DNA of 64,000 bases from Octopus vulgaris. Taxonomy: Eukaryota. The notes beneath the pieces were generated by a model. That model did not search any database and was not told where the DNA came from. It worked only from the letters and a program-made list of their open reading frames with translations. The position numbers and the translations under genes were made by a program. Where the stretch lies: contig OX597834.1 of assembly GCA_951406725.2 (NCBI GenBank), positions 18,476,001 to 18,540,000 on the forward strand, in the 5' to 3' direction. Below, in pieces: positions 36,731 through 47,900 of this stretch. Every line of letters begins with the position of its first letter. Position 1 is the first letter of the stretch.

Positions 36731-38434
36731 TCTATTTTATATCCTTCAGGTTAGATTCTGTCCTGATCAAACAGGTCCTCTTATTTTCGGGAATAGTGTG
36801 TCCAGACTGTAGTATCCCACTTGTCCTTTATTCTTAATAATATAGTGTTATTTGAGAGGTTTAGCTGCTACTTCTAGCAGTTCGAGCAACCATGCTACTT
36901 CGTTAGCCCCTCTTCTGCTCTTGTCTGTCTAATTCAAGATAGCCGTTGTCTTTTCTAACTCCACACTGCAGCTTAATTGTTATAGCTTAGCCCCAGTGTC
37001 GGATTGAACTAGGTTAAGAACGACTTCGCAAAAGTAGTTCTTATGCAATAGACCTATGAAACAAGGTATGCCATCCATGACAAACCCATCGGTTTTGTCT
37101 TTTTTTTTTTTTTGTTTAAGGCGATAGGGTATGATTTAACTGTTATTTTCAGTACGCCAACCACGCAAGTGCTTCTTCATTGGCTGATCTATCTAATTTA
37201 TAAAAATGGTTGTAGGAAATTATTCTGGGACTTCTTCTGCACAGTGTTCATAGGTTTAACCAATTCTTTTCTTGTGTATTACATGTCACATACAGGACAT
37301 ATTTCCCTGGCGTCCATACCCCAGAGATGATGACCCATTCCCATTTTATTTAACCAGCACTTATGAAAAGAAAGCTTTTTTGGATAGGCAAAGGATTAAT
37401 GCTGTGAACCAAGAGAATTTAGTTAATCATAATTTCATCCATAGTGTGGAGGAAACCACCACCATTAACTTAATAATTAATTCTGGTCAATAATTATAAT
37501 CCCAGTCTTATTTAGGAGTGAATAATTATCATGGCAGCTTCAATTATAATCAGTGGCAGTGTGGTATAAATGTGTTTTAAATGGATTAGGGAACGGAGGG
37601 AGAAAAACATCAATGACTTCTCTCAAGACCATTGAGACTATCAGGGAAGAAGCTAACCTCAGATCAGAGACCTGGAGTGAATATTTGCAAGAGGGGACTC
37701 TATTAAAGGCATTCAAGAGCTAGGTGGGTGTGTTAAACCAGGTAATGGATGAAGTCTACCATCCAGGAACAGGCATGGACCGTCCAGTGGATCTTCACAC
37801 TGTTTTAATTTTATTCTCAAAACTGGTTGACTCAGTGCTCATGGTAGAAGACATTTGCCCATGGTGCCAGTGTTGCAAAGCAAACTTCTGAGCAGCACAG
37901 CTGTACGTAACCTGACATGCTCTCCCCCATCTTCTCTCTCTATTAGCATAGTTTGGGAAGAGAAAATGATAGACTTATTACACAGAGCAAAACTGGAAGT
38001 TCCTATGAGACTACCACCTACTGATGGTTATGAACAAAGTTCCTGCCAGACTATACCTACATACATATATTGTACAGGCATTGACTGAGGGCTTAAGAAG
38101 TTCCCTTCTCAACTACATGGTTGTCAGTTTAGTCTTACTGTGTCTTTTATTATAAACCCTTGGTTGTGAGTGGATTCACGAGACAGAAACTGAAAGAAGC
38201 CTATCGTGTGTGCATGTGTCTGCCCTTGTCTTGGTATTGTGTGATAGTTTTAATTGAGTGTCATACAAGCGATATCCTTCATTTCTAATCTTGTCAAAAA
38301 ACATGTTCAGTAATGGAGAAACATTACTTTACTTGGAAACAGGTGAAGTTTGGTGACAGGAAAAGCATCCAGTTGTAAAATCTGCTTCAAAAAATTCTAA
38401 CCAACTCTTATGAGCATAGAAAAGTAGATGTTAA

Positions 38435-38650
38435 CCCTTTTGTTACTGTATTTATTTTGAGATGCTCTGTGTTTCTTTCAATTAATTTTAAATATAACAA
38501 AGAATTTAGTAAAATAACTTAGTTATCATTAAGCTGGTGTTAGGAACATTAATTGTGACTAAGGTTTGGTGGAAGATTTTAATTCAAGACTTATGAAAAC
38601 AAGATATTTGTACTACAGAGCCAGATTCAGCCGGGTTGGTAACGAACGGG
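38435..38650. mobile_element. piggyBac-type MITE (216 bp) inserted in a SINE tail just upstream of the FAN1 ATG exon
   Basis: TTAA|CCCTTTTGTTAC...GTAACGAACGGG|TTAA. Confidence 0.8.
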
Positions 38651-38709
38651 TTAAATGATGATGATAATGATACACACAATGTTATTTTGAATTCTTAAAT
38701 TTCAGAAGA

Positions 38710-38920
38710 ATGGCTCGTAAAAGCCATAAACTCCCAGCAAAAGAAAGTTCTTCAAATATGGGAAAACAGTGCAGAATTGAGCACTTTTTTAAGAAATCCA
38801 CCGAAAATCACTCTGGAGACAGAAAAGATGTCAACAGTGTTGAAGTTAAAAAGACCTGTAGCTCAGAATCTCCTGTGAATGCCCATAAAAGAAAACGAAA
38901 TCCATCAAATGATTCAGAAG
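38710..38920 (+). CDS. FAN1: FAN1 coding exon 1 (PIP box, basic NLS-like stretch)
   Basis: ttcag acceptor just upstream; MARKSHKLP...[11 protein letters not shown]...[12 protein letters not shown]; donor AG|gtaatg, phase 1, matches the next acceptor. Confidence 0.75.
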
Positions 38921-41900
38921 GTAATGTAGTTTTGCTTTTTTGTTGTTTATTTACAAAAAGAGGGGCAGCACCACCAATGGCCTTTGTAGACCCTTAGAGA
39001 ATTAGTGATTGATGCGGTTGGTGTTTAACTTGAACCTCTCTATGTTACTTTGTTTTGGATAAATGTCAACAAAGAGGATTTCCTGTTTTTGTGTAATGCT
39101 GGTTATATGGGTCAGTCGGATGATGCGATGATGGGAGAAGGAGTTTAGTTGGACACAAAATGTTAGTTCAAAGTAGCATTGGAAGAGACAGAACGAAGAC
39201 GCAGCACATGGGAACCAATGTTTGTAACATGTTGGTGCCAATTAAATGGATAGCCATTTTTGAATGCAGTCTAGTTCATATCTGTGTGTGTGTGTGTGTG
39301 TAGCAGCAGACCTGTTCCAGATGTGTCTGGTGAACTGCATCTGAACTTTGTTGAGAGCTTTTCTTACCAAATATTTTATGGCTGGATTCTCTCAACTGAT
39401 TGAGATTGTTGTCACCTCTCACACTCAATGTCTTCTGCTCTCTCGCTCTCTCTCTCTCACTCACACACACACTGATGTTTTCCATTACTTTCTTTCCTGT
39501 TTTTAACCTCTATATTAGCTTCCAGGTTGAATCAAGTAAGTCTTGGAAGAAGCAGGATAAGTTGGGTTGTTTACCTGTAATATTGGCACTGTGACCATAC
39601 CAACAATAATATATGGCTGTCTTTCTTACCAGCAGTGAATTATAAAATTGATGTAAATGGTATCTCTGTGTTTACACCATAGACAAATATGCTGAGTTGG
39701 CTAGGGAGCCTTTACATGCATTTTTGATCTGCCAGAAATAGCAGCCAGATTTTTTTCAAATCCCACATTTAAATGCCATAGAAAAGACTACATTGCATAA
39801 CACAGTCCTGGATTCCCTGAGTGTATGAAAAAAATAACAGAATGGTTCAGCTGAAATACCTTTCATTGTAGATCTGCTTCAGAGTTGACAAGGGTTTAGG
39901 CAACGATGAATATTTGTGTAGCGATAACATTTTTTGCTTCTGTATTTTTATATATTCTCTTTTTTTTTTCTCTCTCTCTTCTTTTCTCCAGGGATTGAAT
40001 CCTTCTTCAGCAAACAGAATTGTTTGGATACAAAAAGTGAAACATCTAAATCACATGGAAGAACTTCCCTAAAAACTAGACTGTCTTTAAAGAGGAAAAA
40101 GAAAAGAAGTGAGGAACCGAGGGCGAAATTATCTAACGGTGTTATTGAAATAATTGACATAACAGAAAATGGAACGGAAGATTGTTTAACAAATTCATTA
40201 GTTTCAAAGGATCGAATGGAATCTGCAAGTCCTGGTCCAATACCTAATCCATTGTCATTAGATGTTAATGAGAATGATATTGACTTATCAGATAATCACT
40301 TGATATCAAATAAAACTGAAGTTACACCATCAACAACAACAAGAACACAATCATTACAACATGCATTGCCATCAGATGGTGACGACAAACTCTGTGATAA
40401 TGAACTGCAGTCAGTGTCAGAACGAAATATTCTGTCTTCACAAAGTGAAACAAATGAGGCCAGCAGGCTCATGTCGATTAAATCTGAATGAACCAGGAAC
40501 AGACAGGGTTTTGGATTCTGTCATTGTTAAAGAAACAGTGGACTGTACGGGCATAAATTTATCCAGTGAATCAAAATCATCAAAAAATATAAGCAAATGT
40601 CTACTGGCAGAACAAGCAGGTGATAAGCAGCAGGAGCAGAAACAATTAAATTTACCTGATTTTGGAAAACCAGTCTCTTCAGATTCTTCTAGCATTGACT
40701 CATCTCCTGCAGATGGTCTCGAAAGCTCTGTAACTAAATGTAAATCTGATGAATTTCTTGATGAAGGAACAGGATCTCAACCTGAAGAGATGGAAGTTGA
40801 TGGGGATACAGATGTCAAGTTCCGTGTCCCTTATTACCTGGAGAATTTTATGGCAATGATGTCACAGGTGTTAGAAGATGACTATTACAGATCTCTCTTC
40901 AATGAAGATGATATGAAAGTTGTTGAGAAATTTTACAGACTCTCAGGTCAGTTTACAAACTTGGTTTGTTTCTAGAATTAATTAAGGAATGAGATTTTAT
41001 AGAATTAAGGAGAGAGAGAGTCTATAGAATTAATTAAAGATTCTATAGAATTAAGGATAGAGGTTCTATAAAATTAATTAATGAGAGAGTATCTGTAGAA
41101 TTAAGAGATTCTATAGAATTAATGAGAGATTCTATAGAATTAAGAAAAGATTCTATAGAATTAAGCAGAGAATATATAGTATTTAAAGATTCCTAAGAAT
41201 TAAGGTGAGATTCTATAGAATTGAAGATAGAAGGTATAGAATTAATTAAGGTTTAATGTGTAAGCCCCAAGCACATGTATGAAGATAATTGGGAAAATAA
41301 CATTTTAAAGATGGAATTTTTTGCTTCTGACAGAGGTTGCCCAGAAACTGTATGTACGGATGTTTTCACGCAAGTTGATGTGGAGAATGCAGATAAAGAT
41401 AAAGTACCCAGAGATTGCTGAAGACCTTTCTGGGTTTATAAATGAATTAATCGAAGCTGGTTTGGCCCACTCAGGTGAGAGTTTCAGAAAATTATCTTAT
41501 TGCATTTTCTCTTTCTTCTTATTGTTCTTGTATATAAGTATTTGTCTTAGTGGTTAGGATGTTGGGCTTACAATCATAACGCTGTGTGTTTGGTTCCTTG
41601 ACTGGGCGATATGTTGTGTCCTTGAGCAAGAGTACTTCCTTTCATGTTACTACAGTCTACTCAGCTGTAAATGAGTATCAACCCAATACTGGTGAAGCTT
41701 TTTCTTCCCCCAGATGCTTGTCATATCCTCAATGTTCCCCTGTGTCAAGAATGGGAGAGTTGAGAGCGTGTCTGTTTATGACTACATGGGCACCCAAATC
41801 AAGGAATGAAAGCATGTCTCACGGCTGTTTAGGTAACTGAGTTTCGCTGAAGATAGAATCTTTATAGAATTGAAGTGGGTTTTTCTTTGTCTTCTTCAAG

Positions 41901-44900
41901 ATTTCTGAAAGAAGAAATAATTAACAAAATACTCGACAGTTGTACAGTGATTCTTGTAAAAGGCCAGAAATTTGAGAAGAGAATTTAGTTGATTACATCA
42001 AACACGTTTGACTGGAACATTATTTTATCAATCCTGAAAGATTAAAAGCAAAGTTGGCCCTACCAAGATTTGAATTCAGAGCAACAAGAACCACAAGAAA
42101 TACCTCAAAGCATTGTGATTGACACTCTAATGAATTGGCCAGTTCTCTTAAGTAATAATGAAGATGATAATAATTTTATTAATTGGCACAAGGTCTGAAA
42201 TTTTGGGCTTTCTTTATTAGCCAATTTCATTAATCCCCTGTGCTTGACTAGCAATTATTTTATTGATCCTGAAAGGATGAAAGGCAAAGTCAACCTCTGT
42301 GGCATTTGAACTCAGAATGTAAAAGATGGAAGAAATATCGAAATGCCTTTTGTTGGTATGCTAACAATTTTACTAGTTCTAGATTCTACCAACAATTTGC
42401 TGCCTTAATGATACCAACGATAGCAACCCTTTCTTCTGTATGCATTGGGCCTGGAATCTTGGAGGAGTTGGGTAGATGATTACATTGACTCCAATGATTC
42501 ATTGGTATTTATTTCATCGACTTTGAAAGGATGAAAGGCAAAGTTGACCTTGGTGGAATTTCAACTCAGAACATAAAGATGGACAATATGCCACTAAGCA
42601 TTGTGTCCACTGTGGTGATTATTCAGCCAGCTCACCTCCTTAACAACACCAACAACTAATAATAATAATAATAATAATAGCAGCAGCAGCACATATTGTC
42701 TGCCCATTTGTATAATAATAATGTTTATAACTTTTGTTCCAGCCTGTAAATTTGGAAGTAGAAATATAATTGATTTAATCAGTCCCTAATTCTTCATTGA
42801 TATCTCTTTCATTGATCTTAGAGGAATGAAAGACGAAGTTAGCATAGGCAGGATTTGAATTCAGAACAAAAAAAAAAATAGTCAGAATAGTGCAAAGCCT
42901 TTCCTATGACCCTCTGCATTTCAACTTTTAACAAACTGTATCATTTTGTTCTTGTCCGTTATAGTAGCATCTATTTCATTTTCAGAACAAGACCTGACCG
43001 ACCTGGAGGAGACACTACACCTCTTGTCTTCTGCAGATTTGAGAACAGTTGCCAAGTCGTTTTACCATAATTGTTCCAACCAGACCAAGGTACAAATAGT
43101 CGACCTTTTACTGAAGCACTGCAAACAAAAGTCTGTCAGATCTCTCTTTGAACCAAATGGATTGCAAACTGTGGAGAAATCAATGATGAATCGGTAACAC
43201 TTTTGTTTTATTGTAATGGGAAAAGTGGCGGTGGGGGGGATATAAAGGTTTTTATTTACATTGAAGCAGGGGCTGTGACTTTTACAGATCCTCTGAGATT
43301 GGCTTAGCTAATGTTTTTTTATGAAGTTTATTGCTGCAGGAAAATCATGTGCAGGGAGGAGATTCCAGAGGGATGATATTCAGGGGAGGGAGGATATGGT
43401 GCAGTTGTTACTGTAAGTCCTAGGAAGGGAACACAGTATGGGTGACAAGTGGAGGAGAGATGAATAATTGGAGAATGTCTGAGTGAAGGGGACATTTGAC
43501 CAGTCATATAGTTAATTTGTTTTTACTTGTGCTTATCCAAACTAACATGGGTTAGATGAATATATTATTGAGGCATTGTTTTACAACCACATGCCCTTCC
43601 TGTTGCTAACCTTTACTCGTTTTTCAAATCAGAGATATCTGAAGTCTTGGTAGAAAAGCTAGAGAGAAGAGGCAGCATGTCTGTGGACCAGCTGTTGGTG
43701 TGTTAGAGTTAAAGTTAATTTTTTGGCTCAAAAAGCAAAAAGCAAGGCCATGTAGGGGGACATGGAGTTATGTACAGGGAGATTGTTCATGCAAAGAGTT
43801 CAGGCCATTTCTGGTCAAGAGAGACTTTGAACTGAGCGGTTGTCGGCATCTTCACTATCTCAGCTTATTCCACGGATCTGCAACCCAGACAGAGAAAGCT
43901 CCTCTCCTTCGATTGAGATGAAATCGTCGCAGATAGAGCTTTTCGGAGTGACCCCGCAGCCGACGCTCTGGAGCAGGAGTGAAGAACAGCTCTTTCGAGA
44001 GGTTACACTTTCCGCGGTGAATGAGTTGATAACAGCTAACTGGGTGGCCTTTCTGTCTAATTCCTAAAGAAATAGCAGTCAAATCACCCTCGACCATCTT
44101 TGAAAAAATAATTTACGCCTGAGAAAAGAACACACTGGAATGTCTGTCTTATAAGTCTATTGTTCCAGACTTAGGTCTGTTGGTCTAACGCCATCAACAA
44201 TGACAACATTGAAAGTTGAAATTTCTGTAACCATTTCTCGGATTATTTCATAAATTCTAATTGATGTTTATTTGATTTGTTACAGTGCCAAAAAACTTCT
44301 TGGAGCTTGCTTTAAGTTAGTGGAATCTCATCGCTCTGTCTTTGTACGTTTGCTAACTCTGTTCTCATTGTGTGTGAACTCTATGGATGATGAAACTGGT
44401 GGTGCAATTTCTGCACAATTGTAAGTTGCTAATTTTCATATTGCTCTTGTTATTATTATTGAAGTTGAGGCCCAGTGGTTAGGGCAGCGGACTTGCGGTC
44501 GGAGGATCGCGGTTTCGATTCCTAGACTGGGCGTTGTGTGTGTTTATTGAGCGAAAACACCTAAAAGCTCCACAAGGCTCTGGTAGGGGGTGGTGGTGAC
44601 CCCTGTTGTACTCTTTCGCCACAACTTTCTCTCACTCTCTCTTCCTGTTTCTTGAGTAAGGTGGAGGCACAATGGCTCAGTGGTTAGGGCAGCGGACTCG
44701 CGGTCAGAGGATCACGGTTTCAATCCCCATACTGGGTGTTGTGTGTGTTTATTGAGCGAAAACACCTGAAAGCTTCACGAGGCTCTGGTGGAGGGCGGGG
44801 TTAACCCTGTTGTACTCTTTCGCCACAACTTTCTCTCACCCTCTCTTCCTGTTTCTTGAATAACACTGCAATGGACTGGCGTCCAGTCCAGCTTGGGGAA

Positions 44901-47900
44901 ACTCATACGCCACAGAAACCGGGAAACCAGGCCCATGAGCCTGGCTAGGCTTGAAAAGGATGACATTTATCATTATTATTATTGGTGAGCTGGCAGAGAT
45001 GCTGACATGTCAGCCAAAATGCTTAGCGACATTTCATCTGTCTTTACATTCTGAGTTCAGATTCTGCCTTTCATCCTTTTGTGGTCAATGAAATAAGTAC
45101 CAGTTGAGCACTGGGGGGGTCGATGTAATCGACTAGTTCCCCCTTCCCCAAAATTTCAGGCCTTCCTTGAGCCTTTAGTAGAAAGGCTTCTTATTCTTTT
45201 ATTATAAAGCAGTGAGCTGCAGAATCTTTAGCATGCCAGGCAAAATGCTTTGCATCATTTTGTCCATCTTTACATTCAAATTCTGCCAAGGTTGACTTTG
45301 CCTTTCATCCCTTCAAGCTTGGTGAAATAAGTACAAGTTGGACACTGGAGTCAATGTAATTGACTTACCTGCCCCCACTCCAAATTGCTGGCTTTGTGCC
45401 AAAATTCGAAAGTATTATTAAAATACTTTGCAGTATTTGTTCCAGCTCCTATTCTGTGTTCAAATCCTGCTGAGATCACATTTGCCTTTTATCCCTACAA
45501 GGATAAATTGCTGGCTTTTGTGTCTTTATTAAATTTGTAAATAATACATCATTATTATTAAATTTGTATGTATATATGTATATGTATATATCTACGTGGG
45601 AAGATGTATGTTTCTGTTGGTGTTGGGAATTATGTTGTTTTTTTAGGCAGCGTTTAAGAAAGTTTATTCGGCATCCGATTTTAGCACATTTCTCTGATGG
45701 CTTGATTAACTCCCTAGCAGTTGCCAACTCAGCCTGGCCCAAGCGTAGAGATAGGAGAGTATTGTAATTCGTTTGAAACACTGTGTATTGTTTGTAAAAA
45801 AATAATGTGTTTTGAATGGCACAACAATGCAATTTAATAATAACAACAATGGACTATAATAACTGTTTGAACCATGTCTCAAGCTCATGTGTGTTGGCAC
45901 ATGCGTAGTGCTGCTTCAAACAATACACAATGCTTTGAGCGAACTACAATACTCCCCTATCTCTACTCCTGATCCAGAAATGAACTTGCACACATCCAAA
46001 GCAAGTGTAGTAGGACAGAGGACAAGGTGGCCCACACTACATGCTTCCTACAAATATTGAAAACAAACAGGTACCCTATATCCATTGTAAATTGGCTTGA
46101 GTATCCAAGACGACCAACACGCCGAAAACCCAGAAAACCCAGCAACACATACAACTAGCCTACTCTGGCCCCTCTCTGAGAAGACACCTCACAAAGAAAC
46201 GAGCAAGGGACAGCAATCAATACACACTAGCAAATAGTCCCATTTATGACAAGGATTTATGCCAACGGGTAAATGTTAACTCATTGTTGCTGCCACATGG
46301 CCATATCACCTGTTAGAATATTTACTCAAGTTCTAAATTTTCAGGTTTCAGATGCTGCAAGTAAACATTGGTCGTGTTGTGTTCCCCAGTTATAAAATTC
46401 ACAGACAGACAGAAATCTTCCAATCAAGAAATGACTTAATCAGGTAAAAAAAACCCAAAAATCTTATTACTACTCTTGTTTACATATTTTTGCTTCTAAT
46501 TCTTTTCAGTTAAGTCAGAGTAGGGAAGGGCAGTGCCTGTGACCCTTTTAAAATGGGATAATTGTCATCACATGTGCATGTTCCATTACTGGTATGGGTT
46601 GGACAGTTCGACAGGCTCCCATGGTCCCGAAGACTGCATCATGCTCCAATGCCTGTTTTGGCATGATTTCTACAGTTGGCTCAGAAACCTGGATGTTATC
46701 AAAGAAGCTTGAGAGGCGGTTGGATGGAACCTACACTCGCCTCCTTATGAGGGCTTAAAATCTCTTGTGGAAGCGTCATCCAACCAAAATGCAAATATAT
46801 GGGAAACTACCACCTGTGTCATCACTTGTGAAAGGTAGGAGAGTCCAGTTTGCTGGACATTGTTGTAGAGCTGAAAACAAGGCAATTTCAACTCTTCTCC
46901 TCTCAAAGCCATCTACTCGCAATACCAGAGGGCGCACACTCTCCTACCCTGATGTAATCTCCAGGGATACAGGCATCCAGCAACAGGACCTCCATAATGC
47001 TATGATGGACCGTGAAGTCTGGCGTAGCATGGTAAATTCCATTGTCTCAACCACGGTCGAACAATGATGATGATGACAGTTGGATGCCCTTCATAATGCC
47101 AACCAATTTACAGAGTGTCCTGGGTGCTGTTTTGTGTTGCTAGCACTAGTGAGGCCATTTAGTTTTGCAATGCTATGAATCCTGAGGTGGATGGGGGGGT
47201 GGGGTGGAGGAGCTGCATGACTACTCTCGTTTTAGAAAAGAGGGTTGGAGGGATTGAGTGAACAGTGATGAGGGAGGGTGTGGGAGATGACTGACCCTGT
47301 TGAGCAATAGAACAGTCATGATGAAACTGATGTTCATTAGAAATTGGTGTTACTCAGCTGAAAGAGGTATGGGATTCTCTGATGAATGCACAAAATATGC
47401 ATAACTAACTACTGTTTTGACTATTACATAAAATTTAGTGAAACCTGACTGGATTATGATTTAGATATTTTGATTAGTACAGGCTTCCATACTTTACAAA
47501 ACCAACAAAGTAATGGGTTATATGAAACAAACAAGTAACTACTGTCTTGGCTATTACATAAAATCTAGTAAAACTAAACTGGGTTACAACTGGGACATTT
47601 TGGTTTGTGCAGGCCTCCATACTTTACTACCCTGCTTCCACTAAATCTGTGTATTCTTCTGGTATTTTCCTAGATATGGTGATGCTATTCAACTGGACAG
47701 TGAGATGGTTTCCAGAATGGAGAAGAAGGATTTGTCTGGTGCCTATGAAGTCTACCTCAAAGCCAAAATGCTCTACGATGAAAACAAAAAGGACAAAAGA
47801 ATAAAAATGTAAGTTTTCTTTGAAAACTAATTTTTTTCTCTCTCTCTTTAAACTTGTGTGTGTGTGTTTGTTTGCATTTGTCATCATCATCATCATCATC

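Noticed and set aside
40970-41250. CRISPR-like repeat/spacer appearance
   Set aside because: Eukaryotic intron, degenerate repeats, short low-complexity spacers and no cas genes.
44468-44730. tRNA-like sequences (also ~6840-6910 and ~3610-3670)
   Set aside because: They are A/B-box heads of SINEs continuing into SINE bodies; no complete cloverleaf.
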